Shown one piece after another: positions 38,570 through 50,442 of a stretch of 64,000 nucleotides of DNA. The notes under the pieces are model-generated. The model searched no databases. It saw nothing but the letters and a program-made list of their open reading frames with translations, and was not told the origin of the DNA. How positions within the stretch are numbered: position 1 is the first letter of the stretch; each line of letters starts with the position of its first letter. Made by a program: the position numbers and the translations under genes. This DNA is from an uncultured Bacteroidales bacterium (GTDB lineage Bacteria; Bacteroidota; Bacteroidia; Bacteroidales; WCHB1-69). The stretch is from contig CAMJXE010000007.1 of the NCBI GenBank assembly GCA_946409645.1, forward strand, positions 2,468-66,467. Reading direction: 5' to 3'.

Positions 38570-41500
38570 TTAATTTTCTAAAGCATCGATTTCTGCAATT
38601 TTATCACGAGCAAGTTTCACGAGATCGTCGCCAACGTAATTATCTACAATGCTTTGATATGTGTGGCGAGCTTGGAAGTAGTTGCCTTTGGCCTTGTAGA
38701 GGTCGCCGTAAAGAATGAACGTGCGGGCGTACCAGTATTCGGAAGAGTAATCACTGCCAAGAATTGCCTTAACACGGGCTTCGCAGTCGGCCAAATTTTT
38801 GTCATGGTTGAGTGCGATATCGGCCAAGTGGTAAGCAGCCTCGGCGCAAAGGTCGTTACTTCCCTTCGGCATCAATTGACTATAATAGCTCTTTGCCGTC
38901 GATATCTCGTTGAGTTCCAAAGCAGAATTACCTGCAATCAACAATGCCTCGGAAAGCAAATCCTGGTCTGGTTGATTGGAACGAATGATGTTTTCGGCGC
39001 TTGTAAGTGCCGAACGGTAGTCTTTCAAGAAGTAGGCACAACGCATCGCACCATTGTTGGCGTAAATGACCTCATCCTCCGCCGTAGTGTTCTCCATCAG
39101 CTTGTTGAAATAAGTCAACGCCCTTGAATATTTCTTATCATTATATAATATAGAAGCAGCTTTATGCAATGCCGTTACATTATATTCGGTCTTAAACTTT
39201 TTGATAATCGCCTCATAATCAGCTAATGCGTCATCGTAACGTCTCATGCCGTACTCACATTCACCCTTGTAGAAATGGGCTTTGGCCACAAAAGAGCCGT
39301 TTGGGAATTGGTGCAGATAATCCTGACATGCAGCGATCGAAGCTTCGCAATCCCCACGGTTGTACTTGGTTTCGGCCGCTTTGAAAGCAATGGAATCCTT
39401 GCGGTCGGCGGAGATGTTCATATTCTTGGAACGTACATAGTCGAAAAACTCGCTGGTGTTGCCGTTTTCCGTATAAATGGTCTCCAAATTGGCAAGCGCG
39501 TCCTTTGCTTCCTGCGAACCCGGGTAAGTCTCCACCACGTATTTGTATGTTGAGATGGCCATTTGCAGGTTGTCACTGTTCAAATATGCCTGAGCCAAAC
39601 GGGTGTGTGCCTGACGGATATACTGACTCTTGGGATGATTCTTAATGAACGACTTGTAAGCGGAAATGGCGCTTGCATAGTCGTTTTGCGTATGGTGGGT
39701 CACCGCCAAATCAAACTCTGCATCATCCTTGTAACTTGATGAAGGATAAGAAGTCAATAGTCTATCCAATGCTTGTATTTTCTTGTTGTTATTCTTCTGG
39801 TAACCATAGCATTTCGCTAATTGATACACGGCATAATCAGCGTTTGACTGTCCTAAGCGTTCGCATTGATCATAATATTTAATGGCATTGGGCAAATCCA
39901 GCTGCATGAAATAGCAGTCAGCCAATCTTGCAGACGCATCTGCTTGAATATCAATATCTTCTGTGTTCTTAGTCTTGTTCAAATAGGTTTTGAAATGATT
40001 GGCCGCATCTCGATAACGTTTCATTTTCAGAGCTGCATAACCCAATGAATAATAAGAATTTACATAGTATTCATTGGAAGAAGACCTATCCGCATTTTGG
40101 TAAGTCTGGAAAGAATAATAGGCATCCTTAAACTGTTCGTTGCGGTATTGCGCTTCCGCTTTCCAATAGAGGGCATCCAAATGGACTTTCTTGTCGGAAG
40201 GCGAAGACAACGTCTTGTTTAAAAGCGTAATAGCTTCTTTGTTGTTCTTATTATTAATCATTTCCAGTGCACGATTGTAAGTACACCGTTGATAAGCTTT
40301 CAAAATAGCAGGGCTTTTGGTTTTAAGTTTCTCAATAGAAGAAATGGCAGCTTGATAATTCTTGGTAGAGAGATAGATACGTGACAAATATTCGGAAGCT
40401 TCACTACTATGTTGCGCGTGTGGGTACTGGTTTAGATAATCTTGCAGAGCTTCGATTCCGTTGTTGAACGGGCTTGTGGAGGTTTCGCACTGCAGTTTCG
40501 CATAGTTGAAGAGGGATTCTTCTTTGATACTACCATCAAAATCGTATTTGGAAGCTTCTTTGAAACTCTGTGCCGCAAGGGTGCGCTGGCCCGTTTTCAT
40601 GTAACAGTCAGCAATGAGGAAATAGCATTGCTGGGTCATAGCATCGGGGTTTTTGTCGTTGGCAGCATGAGAGAAATCGGTAATTGCTTCGTTGTAACGT
40701 TGCACCCGGTAATCGGTGAAGCCCATAGCAAACCAGTCGTTACGATCGAGAGATATCAGGTTGGTATTCTGTAACTTGGCGAATTGTTCAGCAGCTTCTT
40801 CATACTGGTTAAGGTTATAATATGACAAAGCGACACATCGCACCACTTGCGCCTGGTTTTTGTCTTTCGGCGTAGTGATTTCAGGAGCGACTTCCAACAC
40901 TTTGTCATATTGTTCTTCGTTGAAATAGATTTGTGTAAGGAAATAGGGCACCTCGCTTTTAAATTCGGGATTGTCTTTCAGTGTGAGAAAATCTTCGAGT
41001 GCCGCATCAAATTGTTCCGACTGATAAGCCATATAGGCAAGGTAGTAGGCACTGCGGTCGCGATAGGGGCCTTCTTCCTCGCGAGCCTTGCGGAACATCA
41101 TCTTGGCATTATCATAATCCTCCGTCATAAAATAGCAGTAGCCCTTTTTGAAGTGGTACTCTTGCACATTTTCGGGTTGGATTTGGGTTTCGTAAATTTC
41201 ATCAAACTGAGCAATGGCCTTCTTGTAGTTCTTGCGCGCAAAATAGAAACGGCCAAGATAGTAGTGCGCTTCTGGCACGGAAGTGTGCACAGGATAGCGA
41301 TCGATAAAGGTTTGCAACAGATAACCGGCATCTTGGTTGTCGAGTTTGGCGGCACACACACCTTGATAGAACAACGAATTGGTTCTCAGATCGTGCTGGT
41401 TGTCCTCGGTACTCTCATACACATATTTAAAGTATTGTTGTGCTGAGCCATACTTCTCTTTGTTGAACAAATCCACCGCAGTTTGATACTCATACTGTGG

Positions 41501-41602
41501 TGACTTAAAGTTCTCCGTGCGCTGTGCGGAAGCAAACTGAATGGTGAAAAATCCTGTCATCAACAGCAACAGGGTCATCTTAATTATCTTCATATAGTTC
41601 AC
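38570..41602 (-). CDS. Periplasmic tetratricopeptide-repeat protein (1010 aa)
   Basis: Signal peptide and many TPR units (AHYYLG, ALYWKAE, YYSLGY, AVYQLA). Confidence 0.9.
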   Translation of the reverse strand: MNYMKIIKMTLLLLMTGFFTIQFASAQRTENFKSPQYEYQTAVDLFNKEKYGSAQQYFKYVYESTEDNQHDLRTNSLFYQGVCAAKLDNQDAGYLLQTFIDRYPVHTSVPEAHYYLGRFYFARKNYKKAIAQFDEIYETQIQPENVQEYHFKKGYCYFMTEDYDNAKMMFRKAREEEGPYRDRSAYYLAYMAYQSEQFDAALEDFLTLKDNPEFKSEVPYFLTQIYFNEEQYDKVLEVAPEITTPKDKNQAQVVRCVALSYYNLNQYEEAAEQFAKLQNTNLISLDRNDWFAMGFTDYRVQRYNEAITDFSHAANDKNPDAMTQQCYFLIADCYMKTGQRTLAAQSFKEASKYDFDGSIKEESLFNYAKLQCETSTSPFNNGIEALQDYLNQYPHAQHSSEASEYLSRIYLSTKNYQAAISSIEKLKTKSPAILKAYQRCTYNRALEMINNKNNKEAITLLNKTLSSPSDKKVHLDALYWKAEAQYRNEQFKDAYYSFQTYQNADRSSSNEYYVNSYYSLGYAALKMKRYRDAANHFKTYLNKTKNTEDIDIQADASARLADCYFMQLDLPNAIKYYDQCERLGQSNADYAVYQLAKCYGYQKNNNKKIQALDRLLTSYPSSSYKDDAEFDLAVTHHTQNDYASAISAYKSFIKNHPKSQYIRQAHTRLAQAYLNSDNLQMAISTYKYVVETYPGSQEAKDALANLETIYTENGNTSEFFDYVRSKNMNISADRKDSIAFKAAETKYNRGDCEASIAACQDYLHQFPNGSFVAKAHFYKGECEYGMRRYDDALADYEAIIKKFKTEYNVTALHKAASILYNDKKYSRALTYFNKLMENTTAEDEVIYANNGAMRCAYFLKDYRSALTSAENIIRSNQPDQDLLSEALLIAGNSALELNEISTAKSYYSQLMPKGSNDLCAEAAYHLADIALNHDKNLADCEARVKAILGSDYSSEYWYARTFILYGDLYKAKGNYFQARHTYQSIVDNYVGDDLVKLARDKIAEIDALEN

Positions 41603-41781
41603 TGATTATTACCTATTTTACAAACGAACAAAGATACAACTTTCAAAGTCGCATTTTATTGCAGTAAAAATTACTTATAAACAGTATATTTTTAATATAA
41701 AAGTCTTCCTTAAGCAGTCTCAAAGAGACAAGAATTTCAGAAACCCATAAAAGCAGTTGCACCGTGTGGGGGGGGATAGTG

Positions 41782-42570
41782 CTAATAAATATACGGAAAT
41801 ATTTTATAGCGCTTCAACGACGTAAACTCTTCTCCGAAGAACTGAGTATAACGTTCATAAACCGCTTTGGAACGAGGTACGATATTGGCGAAGCTCCACA
41901 AAAGGAACACCGCCCCAGCCACCGACCACGTGAGGATAGCGAAACCCGCCCACTCGAGAATCTCCCCGAAGTAGTTGGCGGAACTGATCTTGCGAAAAGT
42001 CCATCCGTATGGGATGTAATAGTTGTTGTCCATCACATCCTTGCGCAGGTAGCGAATAACACGGTCAGAATACAGGTTCACTACCATCCCGAATAGGAAC
42101 AACAGGGTGCCAATAATAAACTGCGGTGACCAAAACCAGGATATCGTGTATGCATTTTCCGGCGAGAAGAAGAAAAGCCATCCGCCTTGCATAATGGCGT
42201 TGAATGTATTAAACGTCATCCCTATCAAAATGAGAGAAATCGGCATCTTGCTCTGCCCTCTCATCAACAAAGGAAAAATAAATGATCGCTGAAAATAATG
42301 GAACTCGAAGAAGAAAAACATCACAAGAGTGACAACATTGAAAGGCTTCACATCCGCTGCTAAAGAGATGAAATAGAGTAGCAGCATGGCAAAAAACACT
42401 GGGCATTCCATGATAAACCAGCCCAAATTGCTGCGCACCGAGAAGCCCCAGCGATTGTTAAACATCATGCCGTATGGAGCAGATACAAATTGACAGAGGA
42501 TGAAAACCATCGCTCCCAATATGGTCATCACCGGCAATAAATAGTGATAAAAATGGGCAAACACTTCCAT
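41782..42570 (-). CDS. 3-oxo-5-alpha-steroid 4-dehydrogenase / steroid 5-alpha-reductase family membrane protein
   Basis: APYG, GWFIMECP, HYFQRSFIFP, SD.VIR.LRK, YYIPYG, SANYFGEILEWAGFA. Confidence 0.9.
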   Translation of the reverse strand: MEVFAHFYHYLLPVMTILGAMVFILCQFVSAPYGMMFNNRWGFSVRSNLGWFIMECPVFFAMLLLYFISLAADVKPFNVVTLVMFFFFEFHYFQRSFIFPLLMRGQSKMPISLILIGMTFNTFNAIMQGGWLFFFSPENAYTISWFWSPQFIIGTLLFLFGMVVNLYSDRVIRYLRKDVMDNNYYIPYGWTFRKISSANYFGEILEWAGFAILTWSVAGAVFLLWSFANIVPRSKAVYERYTQFFGEEFTSLKRYKIFPYIY

Positions 42571-42583
42571 AGAATGATTGTTT

Positions 42584-43594
42584 CTAACTAAAAGATTTTC
42601 CGTCGAAGATTTTCTTTCTTTTCAGATAATGCAATTTCACCACAGATTCAGGATAACAGTCCTGGAAAGCAAGTTTGGGCAACGTGCTACGCTTTGCTAA
42701 AAACTTTTTATAAGTACGCGCAACGGTAAAAATGGCCTTATAAACTGCTGTGAAATCCCGAAAATGACCTTGCGCCAAGAAGGAAAAGGCTGCTAACTGA
42801 TCAAGGAAGAATCTTAACACCAATGTTTTACAAATCCTTTCATCGGGTAAATTCTTAATAAGCAGATAGAGACTATTTCGGAAATTCAAGAACGTTTTCA
42901 TAGGATTATTTTTCGGAAGAGTCCCGCCGCCGATATGATAAACCACTGATGCGGGGTTCACTTTCACTTTGTATCCGATATTCTTGATACGCCAGCAGAA
43001 GTCGATTTCTTCCATGTGCGCGAAAAAGTCATCGTCGAGCCCCTCCATCGTACGGTAAACATCGCTACGCACGAACATGGCGGCACCAGTGGCCCAAAAA
43101 ACATCGGCTTCGGTGTCATACTGCCCATGGTCTTTCTCCACATGGCTGAAGACTCGCCCGCGACAGAACGGATAACCGTATTTGTCGATGAAACCGCCGC
43201 AAGCGCCGGCATATTCAAACTCATCGCGTTGGTTGTAAGAGAGCAGTTTGGGTTGCACCGCCGCGATTTTCTCATTAGCATCCATTTGTTCAATGACGGG
43301 TTCAATCCAGCCGTCGGTCACCTCAATATCGGAATTCAGCAAACAATAATACTTAGCTTCAACTCGTTGAAGTGCAAGGTTATAACCTCGAGCAAAACCT
43401 TCGTTACGATCGTTCAAAAGTAATCGTACCTGCGGAAAATATTCCTGCATAAAGGGGACGGAATCATCAGTGGAGGCATTGTCACAAACCACCGCCTCCG
43501 CATAATCAGGGAGCGTTTTCAACAAAGCAGGCAGAAATCGCTCCAAAAATTTCCTACCGTTCCAGTTCAATATGACGATTGCTAATTTCAACAT
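42584..43594 (-). CDS. Glycosyltransferase family 2
   Basis: IVILNWNG, DNASTD, LLNSD, FWATGAA, HMEEIDFCWR; start trimmed to ATG 43594. Confidence 0.92.
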   Translation of the reverse strand: MLKLAIVILNWNGRKFLERFLPALLKTLPDYAEAVVCDNASTDDSVPFMQEYFPQVRLLLNDRNEGFARGYNLALQRVEAKYYCLLNSDIEVTDGWIEPVIEQMDANEKIAAVQPKLLSYNQRDEFEYAGACGGFIDKYGYPFCRGRVFSHVEKDHGQYDTEADVFWATGAAMFVRSDVYRTMEGLDDDFFAHMEEIDFCWRIKNIGYKVKVNPASVVYHIGGGTLPKNNPMKTFLNFRNSLYLLIKNLPDERICKTLVLRFFLDQLAAFSFLAQGHFRDFTAVYKAIFTVARTYKKFLAKRSTLPKLAFQDCYPESVVKLHYLKRKKIFDGKSFS

Positions 43595-43748
43595 TTTCCG
43601 CTTTTTACAATAAATCTGCAAAGATATAAAAGTTTTGGCAATGTCGTATTCTTGAATCAAATTCCGCCTGCTTTTTCTCAAATTATTTTTAATATATTTG
43701 CCATCATTTTAAATTGAAAGAAAACCATTATAACCTATTGATAATTAT

Positions 43749-44642
43749 ATGATTACAGAAAATAGAAACGTGGCGATTGCCTACGACTTCGATGGAACGT
43801 TGGCGCCGGGCAACATGCAGGAGTACAACTTCATACCGGATCTCAACATGGACAAAGGCGAGTTTTGGCAGGAAGCCAACGAACTGGCCAAAAAACACGA
43901 CATGGACGAGGTGCTCGCTTATATGCACCTGATGTTGATCAAAGCGAAAGAGCAAAACCTTGATATTCGGGAAAGTACGTTCGAAAAATACGGCGAGAAA
44001 ATCACTTTTTTCGAAGGAGTGGAGACCTATTTCGACCGCATCAATACCTACGCTGCCGAACAGAATCTCCATTTGGAGCATTTCATCATTTCCTCCGGAC
44101 TGCGCGAAATCGTGAAAGGCACCCGCATCGCCAAATATTTCAAAACCGTCTATGCCTCTGGTTTTCAGTACGATGAAAACGGCTCCGCCTGCTGGCCCGC
44201 ACTCGGTGTCAACTACACCAACAAGACCCAATTCCTCTTCCGCATCAACAAGGGCATCTATAACTCCTACGACAACACCCTGATTAACAAGTCGATGCCC
44301 GAAGACGAACGCGCCGTACCCTTCTCCAACCTCATCTACATCGGTGACGGAGAGACCGACGTGCCCGCCATGAAGATGGTCAACCTCTACGGCGGCACCA
44401 CCATCGCGGTCTATAACCCCAGCTCCGTGGCGACCCCTGACCGCCCCGTGAGTGCCCGCGACCGATGCATCAAACTCATCAAACAGAAACGCGCCGACTA
44501 CATCGGTCCCGCCAACTACACCGAAAACAGCGAACTCGACATCATCCTCAAAAAAGTCATCGACAAAATCGCTATGGAACAAGACCTCCTGAGCATCAAA
44601 TACAAAGAATTAGGAATCATGAACGAAAAACCAAAACCATAA
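43749..44642 (+). CDS. HAD-superfamily hydrolase
   Basis: YDFDGTL motif I, IISSG, YIGDGETDVP. Confidence 0.9.
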   Translation: MITENRNVAIAYDFDGTLAPGNMQEYNFIPDLNMDKGEFWQEANELAKKHDMDEVLAYMHLMLIKAKEQNLDIRESTFEKYGEKITFFEGVETYFDRINTYAAEQNLHLEHFIISSGLREIVKGTRIAKYFKTVYASGFQYDENGSACWPALGVNYTNKTQFLFRINKGIYNSYDNTLINKSMPEDERAVPFSNLIYIGDGETDVPAMKMVNLYGGTTIAVYNPSSVATPDRPVSARDRCIKLIKQKRADYIGPANYTENSELDIILKKVIDKIAMEQDLLSIKYKELGIMNEKPKP

Positions 44643-45895
44643 TGAAAAACCTCTACGAAAAATACCAAAAAGCCTCATGTGTCTGCACCGACAGCCGCAA
44701 TCTGACACCGAATTGCCTTTTCGTGTGCCTCAAAGGTGCCAATTTCGACGGCAATAAGTTCGCCCTCGACGTGTTAGAGCAGGGCGCAGCATACGTGATT
44801 ACCGAAAACCGGGACTTGCAGGACAACCCCCGCGCCGTGGTGGTCGAAGATGCGCTGAAGACGCTCCAACAGTTGGCCAACTATCACCGCCAACAGCTGA
44901 AAATGCCCGTCATCGGTATTACCGGCACAAACGGCAAAACCACCACGAAAGAGTTGGTAAACGCTGTGTTATCAAGTACTCACAAGACTACTTGCACGCA
45001 AGGCAACCTCAACAACCACATCGGGGTGCCGCTCACCTTGCTCTCCATCAAGCCGACGGACGAAATGGCCATCGTAGAGATGGGCGCGAACCACGTCGGA
45101 GAGATTGACGACCTCTGCAAAATCGCAGAACCCACCTTCGGACTCATCACCAACATAGGAGTGGCGCACATTGAGGGATTCGGCTCCAAGGAAAACATTA
45201 TCAAGACGAAAAAAGCACTGTATCAACATGTTATTGCTAATAATGGAACTTTGTTCGTCAACGAAACTGACTCCATCTTGCGCGAGAATCTGAATTATGA
45301 CAAAGTGGTTTTCTATGGCAAAGATGCTGAAAACCAGATAGTGGAAATGAACCCGTATCTGAAGATTCGCATCGGGGAGCAGGAAGTACAGACGCACTTG
45401 ACGGGCAGCTACAACATCTGGAATTTCATGGCGGCAGCAACTGTTGGTCGCTACTTCCATATCGCGGACGAGGCAATTGCCAAAGCATTAAGTAATTACG
45501 TGCCATCCAACCATCGTTCGCAGGTCGATCGTATCGGCAGCAACATCATCATTTCCGACTATTACAACGCCAATCTGACCAGCATGACGGCAGCGCTGAA
45601 GAACTTGTCACAGCTGGAGCATCCGCGCAAGGTGGCCGTTTTGGGTGACATGCGCGAATTGGGCGACCTCAGTGTGGAAGCACATACTGAAATATCGCAA
45701 TTAGCTGAAAATCTGCACATTGAAACCTACTTCGTGGGACAGGAATTCGGGAAGGTGGTCAAAAAGAACGTTTTTGCGGACGTGGAAGAGGCCAACGCCT
45801 ACTTCGTTGCACATCCTCTTGAGAACGCCATGGTGCTGATTAAAGGTTCCAACAGTATGCATCTCAACAAGTTAACGACAATTCTAAACGCATGA
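44642..45895 (+). CDS. murF: UDP-N-acetylmuramoyl-tripeptide--D-alanyl-D-alanine ligase
   Basis: TDSR, GITGTNGKTTTKE, GNLNNHIGVP, EMGANH, DYYNAN..SM, LGDMRELG, KGS; start trimmed to ATG 44642. Confidence 0.95.
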   Translation: MKNLYEKYQKASCVCTDSRNLTPNCLFVCLKGANFDGNKFALDVLEQGAAYVITENRDLQDNPRAVVVEDALKTLQQLANYHRQQLKMPVIGITGTNGKTTTKELVNAVLSSTHKTTCTQGNLNNHIGVPLTLLSIKPTDEMAIVEMGANHVGEIDDLCKIAEPTFGLITNIGVAHIEGFGSKENIIKTKKALYQHVIANNGTLFVNETDSILRENLNYDKVVFYGKDAENQIVEMNPYLKIRIGEQEVQTHLTGSYNIWNFMAAATVGRYFHIADEAIAKALSNYVPSNHRSQVDRIGSNIIISDYYNANLTSMTAALKNLSQLEHPRKVAVLGDMRELGDLSVEAHTEISQLAENLHIETYFVGQEFGKVVKKNVFADVEEANAYFVAHPLENAMVLIKGSNSMHLNKLTTILNA

Positions 45896-46953
45896 AAAAG
45901 GTGAGCGAAGGCATCGGGGTAATGTCCGGCACCTCTTTGGACGGCATCGATTTGGCTTGGTGTCGTTTCGAAAAGGATGACATCGGAAAATGGAACTACC
46001 GTATCGAAAAAGCGACCAATGTGCCCTACTCCGAAGCGTTCAAAACGCGGTTGGCCAATGCTCCGTATCTTTCTGCATTAGAGTATGTTAAGTTGAACAA
46101 CGATGTGGCGGAAGTTTTCGCGGAGGCTATCAACTCTTGGTTGGGTGAGGGTCCAAGACCGGATTTCATCGCCTCGCACGGACACACGGTTTTCCACCAG
46201 CCCGGCATCGGACTGACCACCCAAATCGGCAACGGGGCGATAATTGCGGCACGGACGGGCATCCGCACGGTCTGTGATTTCCGCACCAAAGACGTGGCAT
46301 TGGGTGGTCAGGGTGCACCACTCGTGCCCATCGGTGATGAACTGCTCTTTGGCGATTTCGATGCCTGCCTCAACTTAGGCGGCATCTCCAATATCTCCTA
46401 TCGCTCTGGAAACAAGCGAATTGCTTACGACATTTCACCGTGCAACATGGCCTTGAACGCCTTGGCCAACCGTGCCGGAATGCCCTACGATGAAGACGGC
46501 CGGCTTGCCAAAGAGGGCGTTATCATCCCCGAACTGCTGCAAAAGCTGAACCATTTGGACTATTATTCCCAAAAACCGCCCAAATCTTTGGGAAAAGAGT
46601 GGTACGATGAGGTTTTCTCACCCGTTTTGACCTCGTTTTTGCCAAATCAAAGCCTTGCCGATTTGTCCCGAACCATGGTGGAACACATTGCCGTGCAAAT
46701 CATCGCAAACGTGCCGGAAACTGCCCGAACCATGTTGGTCACTGGCGGTGGTGCCCACCACACTTTCTTAATACAACAAATTCAGCATCAAAGAGATACG
46801 TTAAAAGTCATCGTCCCTGACCATTTAATCGTCGATTACAAAGAGGCCTTGATTTTCGCCTTTTTGGGATTGCTTCGTTTGGAAGGGGAGAACAATTGCC
46901 TGCGTAGCGTCACGGGCGCGAAAGAGGACTGTTGCGGAGGGTGTGTCTATTGA
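45892..46953 (+). CDS. anmK: Anhydro-N-acetylmuramic acid kinase
   Basis: GVMSGTSLDGID, ASHGHT, DFR..D...GGQGAPLVP, NLGGISN, PPKSLGKE, TGGG. Confidence 0.95.
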   Translation: MKKVSEGIGVMSGTSLDGIDLAWCRFEKDDIGKWNYRIEKATNVPYSEAFKTRLANAPYLSALEYVKLNNDVAEVFAEAINSWLGEGPRPDFIASHGHTVFHQPGIGLTTQIGNGAIIAARTGIRTVCDFRTKDVALGGQGAPLVPIGDELLFGDFDACLNLGGISNISYRSGNKRIAYDISPCNMALNALANRAGMPYDEDGRLAKEGVIIPELLQKLNHLDYYSQKPPKSLGKEWYDEVFSPVLTSFLPNQSLADLSRTMVEHIAVQIIANVPETARTMLVTGGGAHHTFLIQQIQHQRDTLKVIVPDHLIVDYKEALIFAFLGLLRLEGENNCLRSVTGAKEDCCGGCVY

Positions 46954-46959
46954 TATTGA

Positions 46960-47268
46960 TTATTTTATCATCATTTTTGAAGGTAAAATACGGTCCACAT
47001 ATACAAAATTCCCTGCTATGTGAAAGACCACAGTCCATTTATGGTTGACAATCGATATCGTTTTTGCCTTAGGGTGTATTGCTTTTGCAATAGCGTAGCG
47101 ACTGAATGGATAAATATCGGCGGTATAGCTGAGCGATGCCAATTGTCCGAGGATACGATTCACATAATTGTGTCCGCTTTCTGGTCGATAAAGCCCTGCT
47201 ATATACGAGGAAATACTGTCTAAATCCGATATTGCCTCATTGTTGACGATTATTCTGTATGTTTTCAT
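46960..47268 (-). CDS. RelE/ParE-family toxin (paralog of 6193..6501)
   Basis: 102 aa from ATG 47268; EAISDLDSISSYI...KWTVVFHI...VDRILP. Confidence 0.8.
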   Translation of the reverse strand: MKTYRIIVNNEAISDLDSISSYIAGLYRPESGHNYVNRILGQLASLSYTADIYPFSRYAIAKAIHPKAKTISIVNHKWTVVFHIAGNFVYVDRILPSKMMIK

Positions 47269-47443
47269 AGTTGGCATCGAGTTTTTGGTGGAAGATTTCT
47301 CCGAATTGTTCAAGAGACATGTACCCATCGGGAATCACTGAGTCGTTTATGACAACTGGACTGTGGGAAATACCGTAAGTGGCAAGAGGTTCTTGCACTA
47401 CAGAATGATTTTGCTTTTTTGTCTTATAGGCTCCTTTTTTCAT
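47237..47443 (-). CDS. Putative antitoxin (68 aa)
   Basis: VQEPLATY and YMSLEQF motifs; overlaps the toxin start; promoter TATTTTTG on minus at ~47462-47469. Confidence 0.65.
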   Translation of the reverse strand: MKKGAYKTKKQNHSVVQEPLATYGISHSPVVINDSVIPDGYMSLEQFGEIFHQKLDANYENIQNNRQQ

Positions 47444-47592
47444 AACATGAATAATATGCGGCAAAAATACAAAAAAATAACAGATGGATAAAACTTGTGA
47501 AATTTTTTTCAACGCACTGCAACCTTTCGAACTTTTTGCATCCTAATAATAGATAAAGATACTATTTTTGCAGCATCGAAATAATTTAAGCA

Positions 47593-48330
47593 ATGAACCG
47601 AGGCAAACAAACTTGTGAGTACTTGAAGGATGTGCGGCGGCGAGTGGCGCGGGAAAACGACATCCCGTTGGAGCAGCCTGCATGCACCTTCGAGGGGGAA
47701 TGCAGCGGCACCTGTCCCCGTTGCGAGGCCGAAGTCCGCTATATTGAGAGCGAATTGCGCAAACGGAGAAGCCTCGGCAAAGCTGTCTCCATCGCTGGCA
47801 TCGCCCTTTCTTCGGTGGTGGCAGTTAGTTGTCACCCGAACACCCTGCAGGGCGAGCCCGAACTGAATCCTGACGATACGGTGAATGCTGCGGCCGATAC
47901 GACAGCCGTGAACGACACACTTCGAAACAACCCTGTTGATACGATGGCAACGGCACCGAAACCGTCATGGTACGATTATCCTGAAATTTATTGTGGTGGG
48001 CTTGCACTTGAAGGCTACCACCCCGAGCCCATTTTTCCGGAGCAGTACGGTACACCTGCCTCCTGGCTGAAGGGGCAAATCAAGGATTCGGCGACCCTCG
48101 CGCGTATCCACGACCGCGACATGGACGATATCGTCATCCATTACATGGTAAATCCCGATGGCACCATCTCGGATATAAGTTTCTTTCCCTCTTTGATGGC
48201 TTCGGAAGATCCTGAGGACGAAGCGTTTGTGAATACGATTGAACGCATCATGCTCGCCATGCCTCTCTGGGAAAAATCCTACCAAGACCACGCATTCGGA
48301 CATGAGATTCCGGTGAAAGAACTGCGGTGA
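47593..48330 (+). CDS. Protein with N-terminal Cys-rich motif and degenerate TonB C-terminal-like domain
   Basis: C..LK.VRR..A..NDI....CTFEGECSGTCPRCEAE; C-terminal PIFP...YMVNPDG.I...MPLW. Confidence 0.7.
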   Translation: MNRGKQTCEYLKDVRRRVARENDIPLEQPACTFEGECSGTCPRCEAEVRYIESELRKRRSLGKAVSIAGIALSSVVAVSCHPNTLQGEPELNPDDTVNAAADTTAVNDTLRNNPVDTMATAPKPSWYDYPEIYCGGLALEGYHPEPIFPEQYGTPASWLKGQIKDSATLARIHDRDMDDIVIHYMVNPDGTISDISFFPSLMASEDPEDEAFVNTIERIMLAMPLWEKSYQDHAFGHEIPVKELR

Positions 48331-48474
48331 AGAACACAAAAGCCAACAGCTAAAAGCCAATAGCCAAAGTTATAGTCTATGTCATTTCGCATCCGTTGTG
48401 ACTTTGTCAAATAATTGTCGGTGCGCATTCGGAAATTGTGTACCTTTGCGGCTCATTTTTGGAATTGAAAAACG

Positions 48475-49995
<1,521 letters not shown>

Positions 49996-50022
49996 AAACG
50001 GGGAAAGTTGATATTTTGCCAC

Positions 50023-50060
50023 AGAGACCCCTTCGGAGAAATCCGTCGGGGTCTTTTTTG
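50023..50060 (+). terminator. Intrinsic terminator of guaA
   Basis: agacccc...ggggtct followed by T-run. Confidence 0.8.
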
Positions 50061-50171
50061 TGGTGAAATAATTTTGAATATCACACCAAAGATATATAAA
50101 AATGTGTACTTTTGGTAAGAAAAACAAACCATTGTTGGAGTAAATGGAGAAAAAACTCAACCCGAAAGTTG

Positions 50172-50330
50172 CTCGACCTCCAGGGCCGCAAACTGGCCAC
50201 CCTCCTGGATTCGCCCCACGGCACGGACGTACCCGAAATAGACCTCTCGCCCTATCCCTCCGGCACATACCTCGTGAAGATCAACTTCGAGCGAGGGGTG
50301 AGCGTGGTGAGGAAGGTGGTGAAGCGATGA
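50172..50330 (+). pseudogene. Orphan 3' fragment of a T9SS CTD gene, paralogous to the end of 7611..9668
   Basis: LDLQGRKLA...DLSPYPSGTYLVKINFERGVSVVRKVVKR*; 50268-50314 identical to 9606-9652; no signal peptide or passenger. Confidence 0.8.
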
Positions 50331-50442
50331 AGGAAGAACGATGAATGGCGATGAAGAGCGATGAAATACGAGGAATGGAATTGCTGCGAATTGGAAAAAA
50401 TGTATCTTTGCGGCTGGAAATTCTAATGTTAGACAAGTAGTT

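Noticed and set aside
41767-41775. G9 tract downstream of the 5-alpha-reductase gene as a phase-variation switch
   Set aside because: Outside any CDS and about 130 bp from the TPR gene's promoter box, so no evident effect.
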